Shown here: in pieces, positions 1-9,291 of the stretch
How positions within the stretch are numbered: the first letter of the stretch is position 1
Layout: the number at the start of each line of letters is the position of its first letter
DNA from: Nitrospinaceae bacterium
Lineage (GTDB): Bacteria; Nitrospinota; Nitrospinia; Nitrospinales; Nitrospinaceae
Direction: 5' to 3'
Assembly: GCA_965223665.1 (NCBI GenBank)
Contig: OZ245011.1
Location: 832,001 to 896,000, forward strand
Length of the DNA: 64,000 nt
Translations under genes and position numbers: made by a program
Notes under the pieces: model-generated
The model's input: the letters and a program-made list of their open reading frames with translations, nothing else
Told to the model about the DNA's origin: nothing
Database searches by the model: none

Positions 1-65
1 AAAAATCATTCCTTTTTAAGCAAAATACAGAACGGAAATAATTATAAAATTTTAAGGAGAAGTTC

Positions 66-1376
66 ATGAATTCTACAGTGGCCGTCGCTGAAAAATACAA
101 AGTTAAGGACATTTCCTTGGCTGAATGGGGCCGAGAGGAAATAATTTTGGCCGAAAAAGAAATGCCCGGGTTGATGGCCCTAAGAGAAAAATATGGCTCT
201 CAAAAACCTTTAAAGGGTGCTCGCATTGCTGGGTCGTTACACATGACCATTCAAACCGCGGTTCTGATTGAAACATTAATTGAATTAGGAGCAGAGGTCC
301 GATGGGCTTCTTGTAATATTTTTTCTACTCAAGACCATGCAGCCGCCGCAATAGCAAAAGCTAATATCCCTGTTTTTGCCTGGAAAGGTGAAACCGAGGA
401 AGAATATTGGTGGTGCACCGCACAAACATTATTATTTGATAACGATGAAGGCCCCAATATGATTTTGGATGATGGAGGGGATCTTACCGGATACGTTCAT
501 GAGAAGCACCCTGAACTGTTAAAAGATATCAAGGGAGTTACTGAAGAAACAACCACTGGCGTTCACAAGCTTTATAAAATGCTTGAAGATGGCGAATTAA
601 AATTACCTTCCATGAATGTTAATGATTCAGTAACAAAATCCAAATTTGACAATTTATATGGTTGTAGAGAATCCCTGGCTGATGGAATTAAACGAGCTAC
701 AGATATTATGGTTGCTGGTAAAGTAGTGGTTGTTGCTGGATATGGAGATGTGGGGAAAGGCAGTGCGCAATCGATGCGTTCTTACGGAGCCAGAGTTTTA
801 ATCACCGAAATTGATCCTATTTGTGCCTTACAAGCAGCCATGGAAGGTTATGAAGTAACAACCATGGAAGAAGCTATTAAAGAAGGTGATATTTTTGTTA
901 CTACTACGGGTTGTGAAGATATAATTTGCATTGAACACATGGAAAAAATGAAAGACACAGCCATAGTTTGTAATATTGGTCATTTTGATTGCGAAATCCA
1001 GGTTGAGAAGTTAAATAATTTTCCGGGAATTAAAAAAGAAGAAATTAAGCCACAAGTTGACAAATACACTTTTCCTGATGGGCATCGAATTATTTTATTA
1101 GCCGAAGGACGATTAGTAAACCTAGGTTGCGCCACAGGACATCCCTCTTTTGTAATGTCAAATTCATTCACAAACCAAGTATTGGCTCAAATTGAATTAT
1201 ATACAAAAGAATATAAAGTTGGTGTTTATACATTGCCTAAAATTCTGGATGAAGAAGTGGCTCGATTACATTTAGACATGTTGGGAGTCAAACTCACCCG
1301 GCTTACTGAAAAACAATCGAAATATTTAAATATTCCAGTCGAAGGGCCATATAAACCAGAACATTACAGATACTAA
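66..1376 (+). CDS. ahcY: Adenosylhomocysteinase (SAH hydrolase)
   Basis: Motifs [72 protein letters not shown]-terminal YRY; AGGAG RBS upstream. Confidence 0.98.
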   Translation: MNSTVAVAEKYKVKDISLAEWGREEIILAEKEMPGLMALREKYGSQKPLKGARIAGSLHMTIQTAVLIETLIELGAEVRWASCNIFSTQDHAAAAIAKANIPVFAWKGETEEEYWWCTAQTLLFDNDEGPNMILDDGGDLTGYVHEKHPELLKDIKGVTEETTTGVHKLYKMLEDGELKLPSMNVNDSVTKSKFDNLYGCRESLADGIKRATDIMVAGKVVVVAGYGDVGKGSAQSMRSYGARVLITEIDPICALQAAMEGYEVTTMEEAIKEGDIFVTTTGCEDIICIEHMEKMKDTAIVCNIGHFDCEIQVEKLNNFPGIKKEEIKPQVDKYTFPDGHRIILLAEGRLVNLGCATGHPSFVMSNSFTNQVLAQIELYTKEYKVGVYTLPKILDEEVARLHLDMLGVKLTRLTEKQSKYLNIPVEGPYKPEHYRY

Positions 1377-1397
1377 AAACGGAATTATTATAAAATG

Positions 1398-1428
1398 AAA
1401 GCGGTGCCCTTTAGGGCACCGCTTTTTT
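1398..1428. terminator. Likely bidirectional intrinsic terminator between convergent ahcY and oleB
   Basis: Perfect stem AAAGCGGTGCCC-TTTA-GGGCACCGCTTT followed by a T-run, with an A-rich left flank. Confidence 0.85.
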
Positions 1429-1439
1429 CATTTAAAATA

Positions 1440-2345
1440 TTAATTTTTTGGATCAATGATTGGATGGCTTTTAAAAAATTGCAACAACCACGGGATTATC
1501 ATTTCATCTGCATCCTCTACCACATAATGCCCCGCCTTTTCAATTTCATGGACTTCTGCATTGGGAAATATCTGCTCCCATCTTTTTAAAAAATGATCCG
1601 TAAAGACAAAATCTTTTTTTCCCCAAATAATTGAAACAGGTAAATTTTGAAAGGTAGCCAACTTGGACTCAATTGATTGAATAACGGGATAACTGGGAAC
1701 TTCAGGACCAACTGGAATATCCTGAACAAACCTAAGGGTAGCAATTCTATTTTCAGGGGAATTATAAGGTGCTAAATACCCTCTTCCAACCTTTCCGACA
1801 ACTCGTTCTTTTTTCTTACAAGCCCAAGCTAATGCACCCCGCGCAAAAGCATTAAATTTCAAAATGGCCATCGGCCCAATTTGGGGATGTCTTCCCAATT
1901 TTAGCGAAAATGGTAATTGATCAGACAAAAAAGCAGCTGTATTAAATAACACCAATCGTTTGATTTGTTGAGGAAATCTAACAGCGTATCCCATTCCAAT
2001 GGCTCCCCCCCAGTCATGCATAATTAAGGTGATATCTTTCAATTTCAAATCATTTACCAGCTCAGTCAAATTCTCAATATGCTTGGAAAGAGTATAATTG
2101 TACTCTTGAGGCTTATCAGACAAACCACAACCCATATGGTCAGGAACAATACATCGATAATTATGCCTAAGACCTTTTATTAAATTCCTATAATAAAAAG
2201 ACCAGGTAGGATTGCCATGAAGCATAAGAAGAGTTTCTCCAAACCCTTCGTCTAAATAGTGATAATTATAGGACCCAATTTTTATAAATCTGGATTTAAA
2301 AGGATAGATATCTCGAAATTCTTCAATTGAAACGTTACTCACCAT
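1440..2345 (-). CDS. oleB: OleB-like alpha/beta hydrolase (beta-lactone decarboxylase; haloalkane dehalogenase-like fold)
   Basis: HGNPTWSFYYR, PDHMGCGLSDKP, HDWGG nucleophile elbow, WGKKDFVF, AGHYVVED; overlaps the oleA stop. Confidence 0.8.
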   Translation of the reverse strand: MVSNVSIEEFRDIYPFKSRFIKIGSYNYHYLDEGFGETLLMLHGNPTWSFYYRNLIKGLRHNYRCIVPDHMGCGLSDKPQEYNYTLSKHIENLTELVNDLKLKDITLIMHDWGGAIGMGYAVRFPQQIKRLVLFNTAAFLSDQLPFSLKLGRHPQIGPMAILKFNAFARGALAWACKKKERVVGKVGRGYLAPYNSPENRIATLRFVQDIPVGPEVPSYPVIQSIESKLATFQNLPVSIIWGKKDFVFTDHFLKRWEQIFPNAEVHEIEKAGHYVVEDADEMIIPWLLQFFKSHPIIDPKN

Positions 2346-3385
2346 TCAACGCCCAGCATTAAACAATTTAGTCCACTACCAATTCCTAATAAAGCCGCCT
2401 TTTGCCCCTTTCGAATCGCTTCTCTTTCTTCTCCAATTGCCAGAGTAATTGGAAGGGCGGCTGATCCGGTATTGCCTAAAAACTCAAGGGTTGAAAAATC
2501 TTTGCTGAGATCAAGGCCTAAAGTTTCATACAAAAGCTTTCGTTGCATAGAACCTACTTGATGACAAAAAATTCTTTCAACATCACCATTCGTCCAGTTT
2601 AATTTTGATTTGAATTGCTCCCAAGAAGATTGTGCCAGCCTTACTCCTTCTTTCATTAAAGTTTCAGAATCTGTTTCCATTAAAGGAGCAGCCTCCAAAC
2701 CCATTCCAGAATCTTCATTCCCTTGACATAATTTATTAAAGCGGGTTTCAGCATTTGCAATTCCGCCCAAAAGTTTATGGTTTAACTTTGATATATTTTT
2801 GTGCACTAAAAGTACTGCCACTGCAGCCGATCCGATGGTAAGAGATGCAAACGAGGATTTGATTTTTGATCTAGACGGATTAGGGTCCGCCAACAAGGAT
2901 TCTATAGTAGTTTTAACTAACGGACCACCATTTTCCCCCGCTACAACAAGACCTGCTTGAATTTGGCCCATTTCTATCATATTTGCCACGTGCACCATTC
3001 CATTTAACACACCTAGACAAGCATTGGAAATATCAAAAACCATAGACTTACTGGATAATTTCAAATTATGGTGAATAACTGATGCAGTAGCAGGTTCAAT
3101 GAAATCCCGGCAAACTGAAGCACAAATTAAGCATTCAATTTGGTTCCGATCAAAGTTTATTTTCCTAATCGCATTTTCCCCCGCAAGAGAACTAACTTGA
3201 CTAGGAAATACTCCTTTATCCCAAAACCTTCTCTCAGCTATTCCACTCATCAACTCCAATCTTCCTGATGAGAGTTTCAATTGATCATATACCGGTTGAA
3301 GCTGACGTTCTATGTCTAAAGACGTCACAACATTTTCGGGCAAATGATATCCAAGAGATTCAATGCAAACGTTTTTAAATAACAC
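2339..3385 (-). CDS. oleA: OleA-type acyl-CoA condensing enzyme (KAS III/thiolase family)
   Basis: SVCRDFIEPATA (catalytic Glu region), FDISNACLG (catalytic Cys), FASLTIGSAA, HQV, GNTGSA, LLGIGSGLNC; GTG start. Confidence 0.85.
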   Translation of the reverse strand: MLFKNVCIESLGYHLPENVVTSLDIERQLQPVYDQLKLSSGRLELMSGIAERRFWDKGVFPSQVSSLAGENAIRKINFDRNQIECLICASVCRDFIEPATASVIHHNLKLSSKSMVFDISNACLGVLNGMVHVANMIEMGQIQAGLVVAGENGGPLVKTTIESLLADPNPSRSKIKSSFASLTIGSAAVAVLLVHKNISKLNHKLLGGIANAETRFNKLCQGNEDSGMGLEAAPLMETDSETLMKEGVRLAQSSWEQFKSKLNWTNGDVERIFCHQVGSMQRKLLYETLGLDLSKDFSTLEFLGNTGSAALPITLAIGEEREAIRKGQKAALLGIGSGLNCLMLGVEW

Positions 3386-3399
3386 TTATTTTTTCCAAT

Positions 3400-5136
3400 T
3401 TATTCTGCGGGCCCATAAACCTGCATTTCATAATATTTTTGATATTGTTTGCAATTGTTTAATAACTCATCGTGTGTACCAGAACCGACAATACTTCCAT
3501 GTTCCATAACGATTATTCGATCAGCATTTTTTATGGTAGATAATCTATGGGCAATAACAAAAGTGGTTCGATGTTCCATTAAATTATGTAGAGCATCTTG
3601 TACCAGTTTTTCAGATTCTGCATCTAATGCCGAGGTAGCTTCATCCAAAATCAAAATAGGCGCATTTCTTAAAATAGCTCTGGCAATGGCTATTCTTTGC
3701 CTTTGACCTCCAGAAAGTTTTAAACCACGCTCTCCTATCACAGTATCATAGCCATCATCCAATCGTCCGGCAAAGATATCAACATGCGCAGCTTTCGCAG
3801 CATCTAATATATCTTCACGTGTAGCATCGGGATTTCCAAATCCTATATTCGCCCAAATAGTGTCATTAAATAAAAATGTTTCCTGAGTTACTAAGGCTAA
3901 ATGTCGACGAAGAGAATTACTATTTATTTCATTTATATTTAATCCATCAATTGTAATTTCGCCTTTTGTCACTTTAAAAAACTTAAACAATAAATCCGCT
4001 AGTGTCGTTTTTCCCGCTCCACTCATTCCAACAATTGCGAGAACATCCGATTTATCAATTCTAAGGTTAATATCTTTTAAAACCATTGAATCACGAGTAG
4101 GATATTTAAAATTTACATTTTTATATTCGATACAATCGCTGAATCCCTGGAACTCTCTTTTACCATCTCCGGTTCGTTCTTCTTCAATATCCAGAACATC
4201 AAAAACTCTTTCGGAGGCAGCTAAAGCTTTTTGAGCATCAGTGTAAGTTTTAAATAATAAACGAAGAGGATCGTACATCATAAATATACCCAAAACAAAA
4301 GCAATGAATGTTCCCTGACTTACTTCTTCCATGAGAACTTGATAACCACCCCACCAAAGAATGACAGATCCGCCTAATACACCAAGGACTTCCATTAAAG
4401 GAGAAGTTAACTCAGTATATTTAACGTCCTTGCGCATTACATTTAAAAATTCCTTATTATGCTTATGGAGTTTATCCTCCTCAATTTTCTCAAGACCAAA
4501 GGCCCTTACTACCTTAATTCCCGAAAAAGATTCTAAAATTATTGAATTAATATCCGCTAATAACTCTTGGCCTCTTCTCCCCAATCGCCTCAATTTTTTG
4601 GCAATGGTGGCTGTGGGAAGTATTGCCACAGGAATAACAATGATAGAAATTAATGCCCAATCCCACTTTAAATAAAACACCCAAAATAAAAGACCGATCA
4701 ACATCACTCCATTTTGTAATGCATCTTTTACCTGTTTAGTAATCGTTAGAAGCATTGCATTTACATCATTGATCACTCGAGACATCAGTTGACCTGTTGT
4801 ATCTTTCTCGAAATAACCATAAGGTAACTTATGAATGTGCTTGAACAATTTTATTCTCAAACTTGCAACTAATTCCCAACCAATTTGATAAATAATCCGT
4901 GATTGAATATATCGAAGTGCTCCTTTAATAATATAAAGAACAATAACAATAGCGGGGATAATTTTAAGCATTTCGAAATCTTTATTCATAAAGATTTCAT
5001 CAAAGGTTTTTTGAACAATAGGAACTGGAGAAGTTGATAAGGCTCCAACTATAACAGAGGTAAAAATGGTCAATATTACTTTCCCTTTGTAGGGAACCAA
5101 AAACCGAATTAATCGTTTATAAAGCTGGATATTCAC
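3400..5136 (-). CDS. MsbA-like ABC exporter (TMD+NBD half transporter)
   Basis: Six TM helices, then Walker A GMSGAGKT, LSGGQRQR signature, LILDEATSALD, IAHRLST; 578 aa. Confidence 0.9.
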   Translation of the reverse strand: MNIQLYKRLIRFLVPYKGKVILTIFTSVIVGALSTSPVPIVQKTFDEIFMNKDFEMLKIIPAIVIVLYIIKGALRYIQSRIIYQIGWELVASLRIKLFKHIHKLPYGYFEKDTTGQLMSRVINDVNAMLLTITKQVKDALQNGVMLIGLLFWVFYLKWDWALISIIVIPVAILPTATIAKKLRRLGRRGQELLADINSIILESFSGIKVVRAFGLEKIEEDKLHKHNKEFLNVMRKDVKYTELTSPLMEVLGVLGGSVILWWGGYQVLMEEVSQGTFIAFVLGIFMMYDPLRLLFKTYTDAQKALAASERVFDVLDIEEERTGDGKREFQGFSDCIEYKNVNFKYPTRDSMVLKDINLRIDKSDVLAIVGMSGAGKTTLADLLFKFFKVTKGEITIDGLNINEINSNSLRRHLALVTQETFLFNDTIWANIGFGNPDATREDILDAAKAAHVDIFAGRLDDGYDTVIGERGLKLSGGQRQRIAIARAILRNAPILILDEATSALDAESEKLVQDALHNLMEHRTTFVIAHRLSTIKNADRIIVMEHGSIVGSGTHDELLNNCKQYQKYYEMQVYGPAE

Positions 5137-5178
5137 TTTGGTATAATTGAAGTGATGATTAAATTACGAAAGGACGTT

Positions 5179-5210
5179 AAAAAGCCCCTGCCAACCAAAG
5201 ACAAGGGCTT
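5179..5210 (-). terminator. Intrinsic terminator of the USP-fusion gene
   Basis: Minus-strand RNA AAGCCCUUGUC/GGCAGGGGCUU gives an 11-bp stem with two G-U pairs, then a U-run. Confidence 0.7.
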
Positions 5211-5276
5211 CTTATATTATAGACTAAATACAAATAGAATAATTTAAAACATTTTTTGAAGTTTGGTTCTTGGAAA

Positions 5277-7325
5277 TTATTTTTTATCGGGTAAGAAGTC
5301 CTCCAAAGTGGCTCCACTATTGATCATTTCGGTCATCACTTTAATGGACTCTTCAATTCCCTTTTGGCAAAGATCTAAATCAATTCTATATTCTTCAATA
5401 TGGTTAGCATAATCCAGGACCCGCTCTCGAGTATTATCTCGCATAAACCCTTGAGGCACTTGCTCAATTCGAGCAATTGCATCCGCAGTCCAGGTAAACT
5501 TACCTGGGTCAATCATTTGACCTTTACAAAAATTCTTTCCCTCAAACTTTGTAGTATCACCATAAGGCTGAGCCCCATTTCCATTACCGTTTCCGTTTGG
5601 AGCGGGTTTTGGAGTTTGAACTTCCTGGTTTGAATCAGCCTTTTTACCGTCAGCACGCTCATTAAGAATTTTTTCTGCAAAAGCCAGAGAAATGGTCTCT
5701 ACCTTTTGAATGCGCGCATTTTTCTCAATTCTTGCATGAGCTCGATTTCGAATATGACCTTCGGAATATTTGTTTAACAATTCTCGAGCATCTTCAGTCC
5801 AGGTCACCTTAACTGAATCGAACGTAGTTACAGTAGTAGATTTTTCCTCTTCCTTGGAAGATGGTTTGTATTCCGTTTGGTCCAGCGCAATTAATGACTC
5901 AGAACCACAAACACTACATTTAACAACATCTGCATTCAAATAAGTACTACATTTTGAACACTTAAGGGCCTTAACTTCATTTTCTTCTTGAACTTTATCA
6001 ACTTCAACCGCAAATTTCTTCTCCAAATCTCTTTGCCTGTCTTCAATCATTCCCTCTAATGGATCTTCGCCACGGGCCATCTTGTCGCGCATTTGATCCC
6101 CAATGTTATACATGGCTTGCATAGCTCCAGCCGGAAGAATTGTTTCGCAAGCTTCTGTAATAACACTTGACGTAATCATACTGTGGCCTCTTTCCAAGGC
6201 ATAACGTAAAATTGCTGCAGTTGCCATGGGGCGCACAAACCCAGGAATCTTTTTCAGTCGCTCTTTAGCCTCAACTGTCCAGTCAATACTCTCTTCAGCC
6301 TGCATATCAATTGGCGGCTTATACACTTTACTAGACAAATAAACATTACAAGGAACAAGCCTCAATAAATTCTCGGTATTTCCCCCAATATCCATATCTG
6401 GTGCACTATGAACCCCAATTCTCCCCAAAACCAACATATATGGATTTTCTTCTCTCGCATACTGAAGAACTTTTTCAAAAACTTTTCCATCTAAGAGGCG
6501 AATCGTACATTCATATCCCTCGTCTTCCACAATTTTTCTGGAAACCTCTAAATGGGATTGGTAAATCTTGGCTAAACCTTTATCAATAATGTCTTCATGG
6601 AGTTTTTCCTGCTGCTCAAATTTGAACACTTTGGCTGCATCTTTAGAAAGAACACCAGTCAAGCTATTGAACATGGCGTAATGAAAATAAGGATCGAATG
6701 TAGAAATAACTTCTAAAGGACGGTTCAATGCTTTAGCAATATCAATGGCTGTTTTCAAACCACCATAAGCTTGACCACTTCCGTCAACCGCAACCACAAT
6801 TTTTCCGCTTGAAGCTTTTTCTTCGTGAATTGCCGGAACATGTTTTACGATCAAAGTATCAGTTTCAACACGCCGAATCACTCGTTCGGTAACTGTACCA
6901 ATCTGGCTATCTTTAATCGCACCTAAACCCAGGGCACCCATAATGACTAAATCATAATCAGACTCTTTGATATCACGAACTAATTCTATCCAATTACGTC
7001 CTTCAAGGGACTTTCCTACAAAGGGAATATTGTTGGCTTTGCATTTGTATTTGGGAACATCCAAATAGGAGTCCGTAATAACTTCCATACCTTTGGTAAT
7101 CAGTTGATCGTGAATCGCACGCTGCTTTTCCAACTCCTCTTCATCCTGGTACTCCTCTGGTAGACCACTTTCCATTTGACGAAAACGAACATCATGCATT
7201 TTTGCAGCATAGACATGACTGGCAGATATGGTGGTTTCACTAGAGTCCGCAAATTCAAGAGCTAAATCAATACAAGCGTTTGAATAGTCGGAATTATCGA
7301 CTGGAACGTAAATGTTTTTAAACAT
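5277..7325 (-). CDS. Tandem universal stress protein (2x USP) fused to three PCP_red-like helical modules and a CxxC..CxxC zinc ribbon
   Basis: FKNIYVPVDNS..VIMGALG..IGTVTERV and KIVVAVDGS..LVLGRIG..IGGNTENL USP domains; three WTxxA-started repeats; CSKC/CSVC. Start moved from 7346 to ATG 7325 because a GGAG RBS precedes it. Confidence 0.8.
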   Translation of the reverse strand: MFKNIYVPVDNSDYSNACIDLALEFADSSETTISASHVYAAKMHDVRFRQMESGLPEEYQDEEELEKQRAIHDQLITKGMEVITDSYLDVPKYKCKANNIPFVGKSLEGRNWIELVRDIKESDYDLVIMGALGLGAIKDSQIGTVTERVIRRVETDTLIVKHVPAIHEEKASSGKIVVAVDGSGQAYGGLKTAIDIAKALNRPLEVISTFDPYFHYAMFNSLTGVLSKDAAKVFKFEQQEKLHEDIIDKGLAKIYQSHLEVSRKIVEDEGYECTIRLLDGKVFEKVLQYAREENPYMLVLGRIGVHSAPDMDIGGNTENLLRLVPCNVYLSSKVYKPPIDMQAEESIDWTVEAKERLKKIPGFVRPMATAAILRYALERGHSMITSSVITEACETILPAGAMQAMYNIGDQMRDKMARGEDPLEGMIEDRQRDLEKKFAVEVDKVQEENEVKALKCSKCSTYLNADVVKCSVCGSESLIALDQTEYKPSSKEEEKSTTVTTFDSVKVTWTEDARELLNKYSEGHIRNRAHARIEKNARIQKVETISLAFAEKILNERADGKKADSNQEVQTPKPAPNGNGNGNGAQPYGDTTKFEGKNFCKGQMIDPGKFTWTADAIARIEQVPQGFMRDNTRERVLDYANHIEEYRIDLDLCQKGIEESIKVMTEMINSGATLEDFLPDKK

Positions 7326-7464
7326 GGGGTTTATTTCTCCGCACAAAAACCAATTATATTTATCAAATTATTTTGAATTCAAAATTTTATACTGTCGTAA
7401 AACAAACAAATCCAAATGTTTTGGGAAAAAATACAGAAATCCCAAAATACATAAATGCTTGCAA

Positions 7465-7492
7465 ATTCTAACAAAATTATTATCGCTGTCAA
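7465..7492 (-). promoter_or_regulatory. Sigma70-type promoter for the USP-fusion gene
   Basis: Minus strand TTGACA-16 nt-TAGAAT with extended -10 TG. Confidence 0.65.
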
Positions 7493-7838
7493 TATAAAAG
7501 GGTCTTCAAAATCCAATCAAAAAAATATTATTATAAAAATTTTACTCACTAATTCCATAATATTTGGGAAAACAAAAAATCGGAAAACTTAAGAGACTAA
7601 TTTCAATAAATATACTAAACTTATTGATTTTTTTGAGCTAATAACCTTTTCACCTTTTTCAAACTTTTTTCCCAAAAAATATTCATTGTGGTTATAATTT
7701 AATTGCCATTTGAGAGAAATTGGATTCTGTCTACTCAAACTTTTAAAAAAATAACTACAATTTTCCCCTTCCAGAGTTTTTATAATCAGGGAAAAACAAT
7801 TTAATATACATAGACTGCAGATAATTAAGGAGAGATAA

Positions 7839-9239
7839 ATGCTTTTTTCAAGCAAAGAGGAAGTAAAAAATCATTTAAATGGAGTAATTGGTTTAACCAA
7901 TGGCAGTGTTAATATTGAAAATGATGACAAACTTCGTGATAGCGGACTTGAAACCTTAGTTGAAAATGCAATTTTTAACAAAAATAAAGAAATTAAAGGA
8001 TATTCGCGTTATGTCATTAAATCTGCTGCGCAACAATTGGGTATAATCCCCTCCTCCATACAGGGCCTTTATGAAGCCCGTGGAGAAGGTAAAAATAAAG
8101 GTTATACCGTTCCAGCACTAAATATTCGTGGCATGTCGTATCAAATGTCCAGGGCTATTTTCAGAACAGCCATGAAAATGAACAGTGGCGCTTTCATCTT
8201 TGAAATAGCAAAATCTGAGATTGGTTACACCCATCAAAGACCCCATGAATTAATTTCTGTCATCTTGGCTGCCGCTATCCAGGAAAAATTTACTGGACCT
8301 GTTTTTGTACAAGGAGATCATTTCCAAATAAATGCGAAGAAATATCACGAAGATAAGGAAAAAGAAGTTTCCCAATTAAAAAGTCTTATAAAGGAAGGCT
8401 TAAGTGCAGGATTTTACAATATCGACATTGATACCTCCACTCTAGTCACTCTGGACCCTGAAGATGTTAATGAACAACAGCGCCTCAATTATGAAGTAGG
8501 TGTAGATTTAACAGGCTACGTAAGAGAATTAGAGCCTGAAGGGGTAACAGTATCCGTTGGTGGAGAAATAGGAGAAGTAGGCAAAGAAAATAGTAATGAA
8601 AAGGAATTGCGGGCCTATATGGATAATTTCAATGACCATCTCGCAAAATTGAACCCAAATTACAAAGGAATCAGTAAAATTTCCGTTCAAACGGGGACAT
8701 CTCATGGGGGAGTCCCTTTACCAGACGGAACAGTTGCAGATGTTAATTTAGATTTTGAGACTCTTGAGCAACTTTCTAAAATTTCTAGAGAAAATTATCA
8801 TTTAGCGGGTGCAGTCCAACATGGAGCTTCCACATTACCCGCCGAACTTTTTAACAAGTTTCCCGAATTGGAAACGGCTGAAATACATTTAGCAACTGAT
8901 TTCCAAAATATGATTTATGGAAGTTCTCATTTTCCGAATTCACTTAAGGATGAAATCTACTCGTATTTACGTGAGACATTTGCAAATGAGCGAAAACCAG
9001 ATATGACCGACGAACAATTCATATACAAAACTCGGAAAAAAGGGTTTGGTAATCCATTTAAACAAAAGTTTTGGAATTTATCGGGTGAAATAAAATCCGA
9101 AATTGAAAAGGAACTCGAAGGGAAATTTCACTTTTTATTTGAAAAACTAAATGCAAAAAATACCGAACAAATTGTAAAAGATTCTGTAAAACCTATGGCA
9201 GTACCCCCTTCACTAAAAGAGGAAATTCAATACGCTTAA
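7839..9239 (+). CDS. Class II (metal-dependent) fructose-bisphosphate aldolase family protein, long form
   Basis: TVPALNIR, QGDHFQ, DIDTS, GGEIGEVG, QTGTSHGG, VQHGAST metal/phosphate motifs; AAGGAG RBS. Confidence 0.85.
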   Translation: MLFSSKEEVKNHLNGVIGLTNGSVNIENDDKLRDSGLETLVENAIFNKNKEIKGYSRYVIKSAAQQLGIIPSSIQGLYEARGEGKNKGYTVPALNIRGMSYQMSRAIFRTAMKMNSGAFIFEIAKSEIGYTHQRPHELISVILAAAIQEKFTGPVFVQGDHFQINAKKYHEDKEKEVSQLKSLIKEGLSAGFYNIDIDTSTLVTLDPEDVNEQQRLNYEVGVDLTGYVRELEPEGVTVSVGGEIGEVGKENSNEKELRAYMDNFNDHLAKLNPNYKGISKISVQTGTSHGGVPLPDGTVADVNLDFETLEQLSKISRENYHLAGAVQHGASTLPAELFNKFPELETAEIHLATDFQNMIYGSSHFPNSLKDEIYSYLRETFANERKPDMTDEQFIYKTRKKGFGNPFKQKFWNLSGEIKSEIEKELEGKFHFLFEKLNAKNTEQIVKDSVKPMAVPPSLKEEIQYA

Positions 9240-9291
9240 CTTAATATTTCACTTTAAATAAAAACACATAAAATTATAAAAAAAATAGTAA

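Noticed and set aside
1440-2345. Haloalkane dehalogenase call
   Set aside because: Same fold and HDWGG motif, but the overlap with oleA makes OleB the better call.
7312-7855. ORFs 7312..7497 (+) and 7589..7855 (-)
   Set aside because: AT-rich intergenic ORFs that overlap real gene starts and promoters; no RBS or protein-like motifs.
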